Shown: positions 1 to 13,200 of the stretch, piece after piece
Numbering within the stretch: the stretch's first letter is position 1
Layout of the letters: the number at the start of each line of letters is the position of its first letter
Origin: Phoronis australis
Taxonomy: Eukaryota; Animalia; Phoronida
Assembly: GCA_002633005.1 (NCBI GenBank)
Contig: NMRA01000236.1
Span: 494,861 to 558,860, forward strand
DNA: 64,000 nucleotides
Reading direction: 5' to 3'
The notes under the pieces: model-generated
What the model was told of the DNA's origin: nothing
Database searches by the model: none
The model's input: the letters and a program-made list of their open reading frames with translations, nothing else
Position numbers and translations under genes: made by a program

Positions 1-7
1 TAATAAA

Positions 8-3000
8 TTATTTTTTATGCTGTTCTCCCATCATGACATAGATGGACTTCGTATGTGCGCTGCTGCCACGATTCATCATTCCAAGAGCTTCCATCTGCTC
101 CGCAAGGAGACGGTCACTCTCTGCTAGAAGTGCTGCCATGTTGGTTGGTGGATGTGAGCACACAAAGCCAAGGTCAATATCACATGGCATGCCCAACCAT
201 TTTCCCACTTTCTTAGGATGCTGCATGTACAGTGTTAAACAACTGTCTTTTTCACCCTGCACTGGTTTGCCATGGTACCAGTTGTGATAGTCACCAAAAC
301 CAGACCCTGTGACCCACTGCCATTGGCCGCGCAACTCTTCGCCGCCGACGTACAAATAGTTATCGGTGACGTGCACTACGATTAAAAGACAACTTATTGA
401 TTAGTCAAGTATCTGTGAAAAGATACAAAATTTTCTGTTTTATATCTATTGTTTGGTTGATGATTCATTGTTGTGATTTTCAAAATGGTTAATACCAGGT
501 GGCAACACTTCGTTGAGTTGCACAGACATCTTTTTTTGATCTAAATGAACTTGTTTATCAATATTCTTTTAAAAGCAGAAACATACAAACCTTATCAAGA
601 AGTTGAAGTTGGCAGAAGGTGCTGTTTATCTTGTAATATACTAAATCAACAGAATCAACCGTAGCTATATTCATGGTGTGGATACTTACTCTCGGACTTA
701 AGGTATTGGACAATGTTCTCCTGCTCCAGTTTGCTGTTGATGGAGGCCAGGTTGGCTCTATCCTTCATGCAGTATTCCTGTGCATCCTTCCATTGCATCT
801 TCTGTGGGACATATTTGTAGCATTTGGTTCCATACAGACTGTAACCATCGGGGCATGGGCGGGCTGTGAAGAGAACATTGTATTCATGTCATTTTTGTGT
901 AATAAAAAGTATTAATTAGGAGTGGTTATAATGAATGGAATTGATAGAGATGACTGTCGGGTTTACTCAAGAAAGCTTGAGTCAACAAGTAGCTTATTAA
1001 TGGTTGTCGTTAGTCTAGTGTTTAGGCTTACCTTCACAAGCTTCCTTCTGCCTCAGCAGGTCTGCTGCATAGTTTGTCATCTCTTCCTTCTCAGTTTTTA
1101 GTTTCGCGTTCTCGGCATTGAGTGTGTTGATGTTGGCTTGGAGATTGGCAATTTCGGAGTTCAGATTTTCGATGTTGCTCCTCAGGTTGTCAACTTCTTT
1201 GTTGCAGTTGTCGAGTTGCTCACGTGTTTCGGCGAGTTCAGCTGTCAGCTCTTGGTTGGCTGTTTGCAGAGCAGCGACTTGAGCTTCTAGTTCAGCAATT
1301 CGTTCCTTAAGAGCGTTGATTTCCCCATTGAGCTGTTCGACTTGTTGGTTCAAGTTTGCGATCTCGGCCCTTTTCTGTCGGACTTCAGTTTCGAGTTGTG
1401 ATCTCCTGGCCTGGCAAGATTCTAGGGCAGCGTTGAGGTTGGTAATTTCGGCATTGAGGGAAGCCACTTGCCTGTTGAGGTTGACTATCTCGGCAAGGTT
1501 AGCCTCTACTTGTTTTTCCAAGTTGGCCTTTTCGGCACGCAGCATGGTATTCTCAGCCATCATGTTCTCATTCTGACGCTCTAGGTTTTGGATCTTGGCC
1601 TCTTTCAAGCCCTTTTCGTTATATAGGTGTTCGTTGATTTGCTGTGTGCGAGCATTGTCAGCTTCTGCGGTGTGCTGCCGGGCCTGAGCTGCGTTACGCT
1701 GGCGCCTCAGATCATTGTTGGTTTTCCTAAGAATCTCGAGATCTAGCTTCTCAGACGCACACTGCTGCGAAGGCTCTCCAACTTCCCTTTGAAGTAAATG
1801 CTGGCGCATTTGACCTTTGCTGTTGCTTGGTCTCGCCTCCCGTTGGGTAGCTGTTGTACCTTTGCTATTGGCGGGTCTTGCCTCCTGTTGGCTGGCTGGT
1901 GAGACTCCTTTATAGGCTCTCATTCCGACCTCTCTTTGCATGTTCTTCAACATCTACAAAATAGCATTACATCACTTGTACCTGCAATCAATCCACAAGT
2001 GATTTGTTGTTGGATACTTGTTTTTTCTTTTGTTTGTGTTATTCTAATTCGCGTTGAGTCACTTTCTGCCATAGTGTGTGGCCTGAGTCTCAAATTTGAA
2101 TTATAAAGCCATAGAATTGTTCTAGACGTTATGTTGAGCAATCTGCTTTGTCATGTGATCTTGGCTTATTTTATGTGACTAATTGGTTGCTAGCTCTCTT
2201 GAGGAGCCCACCTTGGGAGTGCTGTGATTTTTATTGGAATTTACCTGTTTTTGTTGTTAATTTCCAAAAATTACAAATATAATCCATCTAATATGACATA
2301 TTCTGGCCACAAATCAATTGACGATCGCTATGCAGCAGACATGTTCAAGCACATTAAAAATTCTTCAATTTGGGACAAAAACAGTACCTAAAGTTGCCAT
2401 ATTTCTATTTTTCAGAGTCTTACCAAGTTGTTTTAAAAAGGTTATTTGGTAATAACTTTATTATAGAAGCTCTATTAAAAGAAAAGTAATTTTTATAGAA
2501 GTTAATTTTTTGAGAAATTTGACAAAGTTAAATTTTGGATGTTTGGCCATATTGTGTCCCAAATTGAAGAACTATTACTATAGGTGTTCATTGTTTCCGA
2601 AGGTGATGTTCTTTTCCGTTTTTGAGAAACACTGAGAAGGACTTGCAGCATGTTACAAGAAAAAAAGTTAATTCAATGTGTTTGCTGAAGCAGTTATTTC
2701 TGCTTTTGAGAACGGAAAACCCAGAGTGTCTACCTTTCTTTTGGCAATACTATGGTGTACAACTGACCACACTGCTAATATCAGCCAAGCTGATTTCAAA
2801 TGACCACTAATCCTGTGTGTTATCTAATCAACTTGCTCACTGAAGCAGTATTAGAATGCCTGTTGGAACTTTCTCCATGCACTACATGACCAAGGCCAGT
2901 GTTCTTGGTTGTCTATTATCCAAGTGCTGCGGTTGATCTCCAGGAGAATCTTCATTATTAGCAGAAAGTAGGTTTCCAAACTGTGCGCAACACTGGCCAT

Positions 3001-6000
3001 ACTTACATTGTATCGCCTCTGAATCTCCATGTATGTACTCAGCCACTTGCCATCTACAAAGATAAAAAGTTATACGGAAATGCTTACATCCTTCTCTAAC
3101 TCTTTCATCATCTGGCCCAGTGATTCATACATGACTTTCATGTAGTCCTGCATGGAGTTAGGTGTGTAAGATGCACTAAAGCCTGAGTCTACATTGCCTG
3201 TCCCTGGCACTGATTGGCAGTTGTCTATGCTATCAGTGCACAGTTTCACTTCCACATTTGTTGGTCCTGCAAGAGAAGAAGCGGCATGTTCAAGCAAGCT
3301 TTCTACGCTACATGTTGTTCAATCCTTGTGAGAACAAAAAAGGACTACACGGGAACTAGCCACTTAAATTACTATTGACAAAGAATTGTTCGAAATCCTT
3401 GTCTTGCTATGATAGCTATTAACAGATATTTGCCTTCAGTTGAGTTAGCTAGCCAGGTGTTGTCATCCCAATGTCATTAAACATGTTTGTGGCTTATTGA
3501 TCAAAGGTGTTTTGCCCTCGTTTGCTTCCAGACTACAAGTAGTGGATTTTGTGCTCAACTACAAGCAGTCTCTCACGTGGATTATGAAACATGAAGTTAT
3601 TGTACAGGATTTCATGGTTGTTCTTGCAAGCAACATGTTATCTATAAAAATCTTATGGTCATAGTTTTGTGATATCTGTGGAGTATAACTACAAATTTCC
3701 TTTGAGCAGCCAAATCAATGATTTTTTGATAAAAGTTTACTTTTTGTCATGAAATTTAATGTTTGTCTTGCTGCATTAAACTCCTCCCGGTGTTTTGCAC
3801 TGGTTTGGATTGTTCAGAGATTTCTAGCAACTTGGATTGCTGCAGACTTATTTTGAGGCAAATGTTTTCTTTGTAGTGGCAAATGTAGAATTGTTTTATA
3901 CTCATATCACTTTGAACTGTTGTACAGGAACAAACATCAGTTGGAATGGAATCCTCTATCATTGGTACTTGATGACTTTTGCAAACTGCCATTTTTTCCC
4001 AAGAAACATTAAGCCAAAATCAATGAAGTAAGTTGTTTTTGGAAAACTACCATTGTTATGAGGATGAGGTTTTGAAACTGTAATCCAGATTAAGCAAATT
4101 TCCAATGACTACTGTATTAGTTTTCAACTACATTTCTATCTCACTATCTTACATTAGTTAGAGCAATTCCATGCAATGTTTTAGAGACCAACTACAAGAA
4201 TTGAAATGTTAATTTCCTTCAGCATTGTCGACTTTTTCCGGTGCCACGCCCACTCCATCCATTTCTTTGCAGTTTTCCCCATTCTCGTCACAGATGTTTA
4301 CCTTGACGGGCTGAACACCTGTAAAATCTGAACGACACACCCAAGTCATGCAGTTGTTTATTTGGTAAACGATCATGCCACACAGACAGAGTATTAGATT
4401 AATGTAAACATAATTTTAATTTGCTACAATACTACAAAAATGCAGTATCTTATATTCACAGGTTGTGAATTCATGAAATCCTTGTTTACTAGCATGTGCT
4501 AATACATGTTAAACACCATATTACATTGTGATAATAGTTTTCAGTGGTCATTGCAGTCGTGGTTTTAATATCTAATTTCTGTCCAAGAGAACAATAATTA
4601 GATTGCATGTAGTGCTTAGTTTTCTGATTGATCAGGTGATAGAATCTTTGTATTACATCTTAAAGAATAGTTCACCATGCTATACCTGTAAGGGAAAATT
4701 CAGAAACAATATTTCACATCCGTGGAACGATTCATCTTGTGCATTGGTAACAATTATGTTTTAAGTCAATAGAACCGTTTGTGATTAACAAATTTTCAAT
4801 GCCTGCTGACCACATTTTTGAGGTGTCTCACTTGAAACTCCATGTTCTCTGCTAGTACTGGGAAGTTTCCATCAGAACAGGTTTATTGTAGACATGCCTA
4901 TGGCCACCTGCTAACACAACACCACGTCAATTTGTTGTGTAAACTTTGTTTAACTATATACCATGTGAGCTATGGGCATTGTATAATTGGGTTTCGTTTT
5001 TCTAGAGGGCTGAAATTGTTTGAATATCTTTGCTTCTGTTTATAAATTATTATGGATAACAGGAAATCCCAAAATATATCCAGCTGCTTTCTTCTCTCAT
5101 TGTTTTTTTACTTATTTAAGGCCATTTAAACCTTAATGGGACTGTTTGTCCTAACTTAATGGTTACTTGAAACTTTAAAGACCTACGCAGAGTCAATTAG
5201 GTCAAACAGAAATCTCAAACTTCAATTAATTTAAGTTGCGGCAATGAATCTCTGTTGAAGCAATCATTATGAACACCATTCAGTCCAGGGTATCATTATG
5301 AACACCATTCAGTCCAGGGTATCATTATGAACACCATTCAGTCCAGGGTATCATTATGAACACCATTCAGTCCAGGGTATCATTATGAACACCATTCAGT
5401 CCAGGGTATCATTATGCGTAATTAGGAAAAGTAACTTATTGTATTAAAGAAAAACAAAACAAAGGGTTCTTTCCCAAAAGCGGGTGGAAACAATTCCATA
5501 TCGTTCCTCAAAGTTCCAACTAAGTTCCCCAAAACCCAGTCTTAGCCAACAAACATCAAACCCATGCAAATTTCATACCCGCTTCCCTAAATTTCACACG
5601 CATGCCAAGAATACTCCAAACCTGATGACCAAACTACAGGTGGTAAGGGACCAAAACCTTACGTTGAACCCTGAGGCCTGTAGTTTGTTCCCAGGAATAG
5701 AGTTTGGTAACTAGATATGAAGTATTTTGGTGTGAGTATATAGTGGAAGGGTGCAGGTATAGAATTTGTTCCACAGGTTTAGTGCTTACTTGCTGCATCG
5801 GTCTTTAGATTTACATTTATGTATGCTTAAATGATACACAAATTTAAGTACTTTCAGGTAATATAATTTTCTTAAAGAGTCAATAAACCTGTGCCTTCTG
5901 TCAAAAGCCAACATTCGATTTAGGTCACCTTTCGGTCTCATCTCGTTTCATACTCATATTTTGGTCACCTATCGACCTCGTCTTGTTCCTTACTCAGCTT

Positions 6001-7563
6001 AGAAGTACTTTTTAGTTTTGAAAAGAACCAACAATTAATGGCTACTTCAGACTGGTGCTTGTGAGTACGGGTAAGTTTCAGTCTTCAAAGAATTGCCAAT
6101 CAAGAATTTTAAGCAATTCATTTTTACCAGTTTCAATTTCAACAACGGATAAGAACGCCTTGCTTTGAAATAATAGGACTGACTTGTTTCCAGAAAATTG
6201 TTGTTTTTAAATTAGAACTAGTTGTAGCTTTACTAAACATTAATGAAGACCACTCTTATCAGTGAATAATTACGAAAACTGCAGTTATTACTGCCAAAAT
6301 ATAGTTGAAACTATTCCTAAACAAATGCACTTTTAAATCCCTCCTTGAACAGTTTTATTTTTAAATGCATTGGGCTACCCAGCTAACGGTAGGAATACTT
6401 CAGCAAAACAATGAAACACAATTACTCACTCAAATCTAGGCATAGTAGCTTTTTCAAACCTTACTGCCCCACCCATGAGAACAGAGAAGCAAAGGCGTTT
6501 GAAATTGGAAACTGAATAGAAGGCTTTATTAGGATTCTTGTAGTAAAAGACAAATTTAAGTCAATGTACCTAACTGTTAATTACATTTGATAATTTATAT
6601 CATTGGCATGGTCAGAGTGATGAACAAAACATTGTAGCAACCAAATCCATGTGTGTTATCATTCAAAGACAGTTTTATTGACAATAGCAATAGTAACAAG
6701 TCAACACTTGGGAATCCGTCCATGTTTATTCTCTGCTCATCTTTATCATATTTACGTAACCATTACTGTAGAAGACTAGAGAATAGATTCAAAAGTTTTT
6801 GTTAGGTATTCATGAAGTACTTAAATATATTTTAAAATAATTTAGAGTTAAAATGAATTTCAAATACTCGATAGACAAGTACTTGGTATTCCAGGCAATG
6901 CAAAGTGTTGTAAACAATTTTTCCCAAGTGTTTCAAATAAAGTAAAACTGATCGCACTCTTTGAGTTTCTTAATCAATCTGTTGCATCTGGTTATCAGCT
7001 TTGAAAATTCACTGGGTGATCTGATCTATGTTGGCATTTGCATATGATTTTGATATTTCATTAAAAAATGTAGAGTTTGCAATCCTGTACTTCCTAGCAT
7101 CTTGTCTATGACCGGACTTAGACCTTTCATAAAATGGGCCCCTAGTGCAAAATTTTGTAAGTTGGTATAAAATTCATGACTACTAAACTAGTTTTGTTCA
7201 GGACAATTTCTCTTAGTTCATCAATGGTATTTATTCTACAATATTTACTTAGTCTCTGAAGGCAATTAATTCTACCTGAGGTGAGAAACTAATGACTTGA
7301 CAACTTAACATAAAAAGGTCTCATATTTTTATGTCAATGCTGTTAAGCATTCCCTTCTATGCTAACAACACTGACAGCATGGATCTCCATCAGGACCTAA
7401 AAACAATTTTTCCTGCTTTAGTCAAAAGAGGCTTACCATTCTGCGGCTGCTCATCAACAACTCCGGTGTCGTGCTTGAAATCATCAGCCTCGTTGAGTGC
7501 AGCGTTCAGGGGTCCGCAATAAACGGCCGCCACCAGCGATAGAGTTACCAAAAGCTTGATCAT
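8..7563 (-). CDS. Secreted long-coiled-coil C-type lectin domain (CTLD) protein, about 589 aa in the main model
   Basis: Minus-strand exons with GT/AG ends and consistent phase: 7563-7437 (MIKLLVTLSLVAAVYCG signal peptide), 3266-3088, 1953-1032 (heptad coiled coil), 863-690 (CPDGYSLYGTKCYKY..WKDAQEYC..LASINSKLEQ, CTLD N-half), 375-8 (YVGG..WQWVTG..YHNWYHGKP..C..KWLGMPC...FVC, CTLD C-half, stop). Total 1770 nt, open throughout. The three 3' exons are firm; linkage of the 5' exons is inferred. Confidence 0.8.
3007..3053 (-). CDS. Candidate alternative (mutually exclusive) 47-bp exon of the CTLD gene, (D)GKWLSTYMEIQRRYN
   Basis: Acceptor ctttttatctttgtag and donor gtaagt. Phase 1 to 0, the same as exon 3266-3088, from which it is separated by only 34 nt. 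Confidence 0.55.
4209..4318 (-). CDS. Candidate alternative terminal exon of the CTLD gene, (G)VQPVKVNICDENGENCKEMDGVGVAPEKVDNAEGN*
   Basis: Acceptor attttacag, phase 1. Aligns without gaps to exon 3266-3088 (G-x3-V-x-V-x2-C-x5-N-C-x4-G-x-G). Ends in TAA. Confidence 0.55.
5263..5416. repeat. 29-bp minisatellite, 5.3 perfect copies
   Basis: Unit atcattatgaacaccattcagtccagggt at 5263, 5292, 5321, 5350, 5379, plus a partial copy. Confidence 0.95.
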
Positions 7564-7629
7564 GTTGATGGAAATCAAAAGAGATTGTCCGATGTCCAGT
7601 TGCCAAGGCAGATCCCGTCCAAGAAGTGT

Positions 7630-7660
7630 GACTGTTGCTGGATACTAGTTGCCTTATATA
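7630..7660 (-). promoter_or_regulatory. TATA box and initiator-like core promoter of the CTLD gene
   Basis: TATATAA at 7660-7654 on the minus strand, an ACAGT Inr-like motif about 25-30 nt downstream, and ATG at 7563. Confidence 0.5.
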
Positions 7661-9610
7661 CCTTTCAGGAGGCCAGCGTGGGTTGTTCTGCTCCGGTCTA
7701 ATTGGGGTGCCACATGGGAGCAAGTTTGTGGTTGGCTACTGTTGAAAATTGAATTTTAGCTGTCTTGCCTATGTGGCGATTCAGCATTGCCTCTAGGCTA
7801 AGCATTTTGTCTGCTAAGTAAATCTAATTTCTCACTAATAGTCTTGTTGGCTATTGTGGGCCGTTGGTGTTTCCCATGATACGAAGTTGATTATTTTGTA
7901 CCCTCATTTAATCGTTCATTTTTTGCAGTGTTCTTGCAGAGCTGTCTATCCCTGTGACAGCATTGTAGTCATTTATAAGGAATGCAATCACATATGCAAT
8001 ACTCATGTGTCTTGAAAAAAATACAATTTTACCTTTGTATGGCACTAATTTCACTAAGCTTGATTAATCATTACTGGGATGATTAAGGGATCTTGTGTAG
8101 ACATTAATGTTATTCAAGCTTGGCCAATGTTATTCAATGTGTTATTTGATGTGGCAAATGCACATGATTTTTTGACAAGCCCGAATTAAGTTACTCATTA
8201 ATATATGGTAACATCGCACCAATTTCATAAGAAAATATTGCCAAAGTTGACCCATTTTTCATTTTTCATGTGCTTCTAATATTGTCTTGAATGTCACATT
8301 TTTCAGCTGTTGGTTCTTGAATATGGAAAACATTAATTTTGTGCGACATGTCATTCATGGAAAAAATAATGAAGTACCATATTATTTCACTTGTGGGTCA
8401 TATTGACTGGATTTTACCGTAGTATTTTGCAAGAGAGTCATGGTTGGTAAGGAAGCAAGGAAAATCAAGTTTGAAGAGAAATATTAGTTAAGTTTACATA
8501 ATGTTAAATTAATGACCTAACCTGGTCAAATTTAGATTAGTACTGAAATACTTGATTGTGCAGATCTTGGATACTGCATGGCTGTGTAGCTAAATGATTT
8601 TGAGGTGAATTGTACACAAACCATATTCAGCAGTTGTGAACAAACCGTAATATTTTGTGTCGCCTAATGTTGGTTGTTGCGGAGGAGTAATCCACTTAAA
8701 ATTCCCCCACGCTTCTGATAATACTACCAAATGGTCACGTCTGTATGAATGGCCACCCTTAACCCATTTTAAATTCATTATGTATTAACAATTAGATTTA
8801 ACAATTCGTGCAGTTAAAGCAATTTCTCCTGGCGGTGACCATTGGTTGTGAGAATGATGTGGGTTGTCTGGTTCTCATGGCCTGACCTCTGAGCGTATGT
8901 GGTGACAATGGGGGTTGATCAGAAACAGAACTGAAAGTAAAATTTTATTTAAAAGTTTAACTAAGAACAACTGGACAATCTGTTGTCATTTCAGCTGTGG
9001 GTCAGTGCCTAAATTCTTATCTTTTGAATATATCAGGTCTTACTAAAATGGTAATTAACAGTGTAACTGTTAACAATGTGATGTGGGTGTTAACTAGGTC
9101 AATTTTTGTCAGATTTGCCGAAGTTGTTGGCATTTCACTTATCCACTGTTTTACGATATGAAGTGCAACAGGTTGGTGTGTATTTTGAAATGAAAAGGTT
9201 ATTTCAAGGTTGCAGGTAGTGCTGATCGTTGTCAAATATTGTATGTCCACTTGTTCATTTAGCTTCTCATTATGGATATCAAATGCTTAATTTTGCTTCT
9301 GTTTAAAATTACCTGCATGCCTACTATAAAAATTGTCCTGTCACCAGCTCATAGTTTTGAACAATTCAATTCATTATCTTATTACTCTGGTCTCCATGCT
9401 CTTAACAGGGGGTCAACCGCGACTAGACTGAGAATTTATATTTTCTTGGTCCACCCAATATTAATGCTGTTGGTCACAATCTGGCAGGGTTTACTTTCAA
9501 CTGACTTGCAATTTGGTTGAAGGAATCTTGCTCATTATGTGGTTGATTTGTATAGAGATTGTCACACTGTTTCCTGATTCAAAACAAATAGTTTACTGCT
9601 TAATTGACCT

Positions 9611-9862
9611 GGGGCCCATTCCAAGAAACTGACTGGAGTTCATTTTTGACTTAAGTTTAAGATTTGTGTCAACTTTCAAACTTTTAAACTTCCACATCAG
9701 GTAAGTTAGTCAAACTTCAGACAAAACTTACCGTAAGTCAAAAACTTAAGTCAAACCCAAGATCATTTTCTTGGAATGGACTTAAAGCAAATTGAAGTTT
9801 TATCTTAAAAGTGACAAATTTAAGGTTTGTCTTAGCTTAGTCAGTTTTCTTGGAAAGGTCCC
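9611..9862. mobile_element. Short palindromic MITE-like element
   Basis: ggggcccattccaagaaactgact at the left end. Near-inverted copies tttcttggaatgg (about 9767) and agtcagttttcttggaaaggtccc (ending 9862). Confidence 0.55.
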
Positions 9863-10031
9863 TTGGTCTTCCAATTGTTTGAATACTTTCAGTATATTAT
9901 TTATTAAATCCAGGGTGTGTCCCGAAGTTGTGTTCAATGAATCATTTGTGTCGTTGATGAAAACCTGAAACCTGTCTGTCAGAAGCAATCTCATTCCCTG
10001 ACTACGGAATTATTGTAACTGCTATTTTGCA

Positions 10032-10230
10032 AATTAGTGTATCCCATGTCATGAGGCAAGTCTCTGTTAGAATTAGTATATCCCATGGCATGAGGCAAGT
10101 TTCTGTTAGAATTAGTATATCCCATGGCATGAGGCAAGTCTCTGTTAGAATTAGTATATCCCATGGCATGAGGCAAGTCTCTGTTAGAATTAGTATATCC
10201 CATGGCATGAGGCAAGTCTCTGTTAGAATT
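10032..10230. repeat. 39-bp minisatellite, 5 copies
   Basis: Unit aattagtatatcccatggcatgaggcaagtctctgttag. It explains the repetitive ORFs in 9991-10317. Confidence 0.95.
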
Positions 10231-13200
10231 TCTACACCTGAACGATCTCAGTTTATGTGTCGGAGTATCAGCTTCGTATTTCTCGTTGAAAAGCAAATAC
10301 CTCAATACAGTTGACATTTGTTTTAGGGAATATTTTTAGATGCAAAATTGTTGTCTGATCCCCTGCTTTCACTTTTTATTATGGTGATCGTTGGCAATGT
10401 GCAGGAAATCACTCTGGCCATTTCCTCCCGCAACGTTAATTGCGACAAAAATGATTGCCAAAATGAAAGCTCAAAATGATGAAGTGTTTATGTATTGCTA
10501 CGTGTCTTTTATGAAAAAATAGGAAAAATATGATTGCACTTGTCTGTCAAACCGTGTCCTAAATTGTAAAGGTCTTACTGTTGCTTTTTTTAAAGTACCT
10601 GCTTATACTATAAAAGTGTGTACCACTCAGACATTTTTAATTAGTCATTGAAAGTTAAACTAATTCACATATTTAATCCACATCTTTTTTTCTACAAATG
10701 AACTATTGTGAAAATGCAGTAGCTATGGACATTGCATGTTTTTGTGGGTCACTTGAGTCTCATGGCTGTATGCATTTACTACAAAACTCACGTCAAGCGT
10801 GCATAATTCAGATGTTCATATAACCATGTTCCATTGTACGGTTATTCTACTAGGTAGTTCTTGCACTCTGACCTTCAGTTGAGTTGAATTTCATCTCGCA
10901 CGAAGTACCTTGGTCCACTTGGATTGGCTTTTTGAGGTTTACTGGTGCTTCATTTCTGAGTAGGAGATGGGTCAGTTCCATACAACTGACTGTGGTCTGT
11001 CTGATTTCAAAACCACATTGTCTGGACACCACCACAGGGTAGGATCATGATATCAATAAACTTCTGTGGTTTGTAATCATCAACTAATTAGTAAGTGCAA
11101 CACTTGTGTACCCTCCAGCCATATTTGACCCCATTGATGTGACCACTCATAATCGTAATTATTGTCTTTTGTTGAGCATAATTTTTTATTTTTCTGTGTT
11201 TATCAAATTACCTGGACCTTATACCTTACCATGAATTTAGTTGAAAGGGACTACAAATCTTTTAGTGTTGTTATTGTTTTTGTTATACTAAAAGATTTTT
11301 TATAATTGCAAGAATTTAGTTATTTTCATAGTTTCCCAAATGAAACGACATCAATAACTTATAAGTTTTGGAACCAAAGGATTTCTTAACTTATAGAGTC
11401 TGGTGTACTTTAAAGCTTTAAGGTCTTTTTCATGATCTGTACACTTATTGAAAGCGGTCGTGGGCCACATTATGTAGGTGCTAAACACTCATTAAAAAAG
11501 CTTGTAATACTTAGCGATGTCTCAAGAAGAGTTATGTAATCTTGAGTTTTCGCATGATTCTTGCATTTTGGAACATACCTGTAGACACCATGAGAATATT
11601 TTCAGACTGTGGATCTTCCAACTGAGCTCTGTATCTCGCATTTTTTATACTCTTCAAGAAAGTGCCTCCCTTTTTTGCTCGTCTCTTTTGCTTGAAAAAC
11701 ACATTGCCTATAAGACACAGGCTTGGTATGTTTTGTATTGTATTAATGACAGTTCATGCTATCTACGCCATACTGCGGCCACACAAGATGAAATAGGTAA
11801 CTAGATAGTTACAAAAGTCAACACTGGACATACCTTTTACAGATAGTTCTGATGAGCAGTAATTGTGAACAAATATCAAGAGATCATTGACTTGTCTACT
11901 CTGATACAGTTGTAATGAGGTGTAGCTGGTGAAAAGAAGTGGCAAGCCATACTTACGTAGTGTGCAAAATGTTGTCTGTGAATGAAATTTCTTGTTTTGT
12001 ACAAAACATGCTTAAACTTTATATCTCTTGTTGTAAATGATTTGTTCGGTCCCTAAATGGATTTTTTACTTTGAATAAATTGTTTATTCGTAACATGTGT
12101 GTATGTCACTAATTGATGACTTGGGCTTCAAGTTGATGTGTACTACTACCCTTGTAGTCAAAATATAGCATATCATCTGTAGATATCTGAATAACTAGCA
12201 TCCAGTGTCCACCCTTGTAAGTATGTATTTGTTGAAACTTGGTGTTGAGAGTTCTGTTCATGTCATTCACCACACAGTGCCATTCTCGTTGTCACGTGAC
12301 AATGCTTTTTGGTAAAAGTGTTGTTTTTAAAGGTACATTGACCTGGAAAGAGTTTTTCATCCTTCATTTATCGGAATTTTTATGTTAAAGACTTTTATAA
12401 AAATGCCCGAAAACTTTCTATGATTTTCCATAGCTTGAGGCAATTCTTTTAAGCTAAAAAATGTTCAGGGATTATGATTTTTCTAAGAACAAAATATAAG
12501 ATTCTTCATGATCACCTAGTGTAAAACTCTGAAATTTCTTTGCTGGTAACAAAACTGCCAGAACTATTGAATTTGCCTGGAGGTACATAGCATGCCAGGT
12601 GTAAAATTAAAAGCAATTACTAAGGCTTATCTATGTCACCACCAGGGGTGAAGGATAATATCAAATCTAGGTCTTGCCTTCCCCCTGGACCTGTCAGGAG
12701 TAGTGGCTGAGTTATCTGTCTTTGTGGTGACAGTATAATTAGACACAAATGAGGTGATGGATTCACATTAGAGAGGTGTGCAGTAAAAAAAAACACCAGT
12801 AGAATGCTGACATCAATTTACAATTAGTTACTGGACTATTGGTTGGGACACTTGGACCTCAAACATTGTGATTGGCAGCACTGCTCCCTTGGAGTGTGTG
12901 TGAATGTTGGAGTGTAAGTGGTTCTCAGTTCCCAGTTGCATGAAACAGCATGAGCTCCTTTATTAAAGATATTCTATAATATTATAACTATAAAAGCTGA
13001 GCCCGGAGCTCAGCAAAAATAAATAGGGACTTTGTCCTTAAAATAAGGGTGTTGCAAGAAAAGCTCCATAGTTATTACCAATAATATTGAAAATTCAATG
13101 TAGAGTTCATTCTCAATTTGTATCAAGGTCGCAATAGACTTAGTAATGAAATTCAAACAGTAGAGGAAAGGACAATCAGTGTTTTCACAAATCTACAAAA

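Noticed and set aside
1015-1953. Stand-alone SMC/tropomyosin/myosin-like gene
   Set aside because: It is bounded by splice sites and joins in phase to the CTLD exons. The resemblance is only generic coiled-coil composition.
9991-10317. Repetitive ORFs in three frames
   Set aside because: By-product of the stop-free 39-bp minisatellite.
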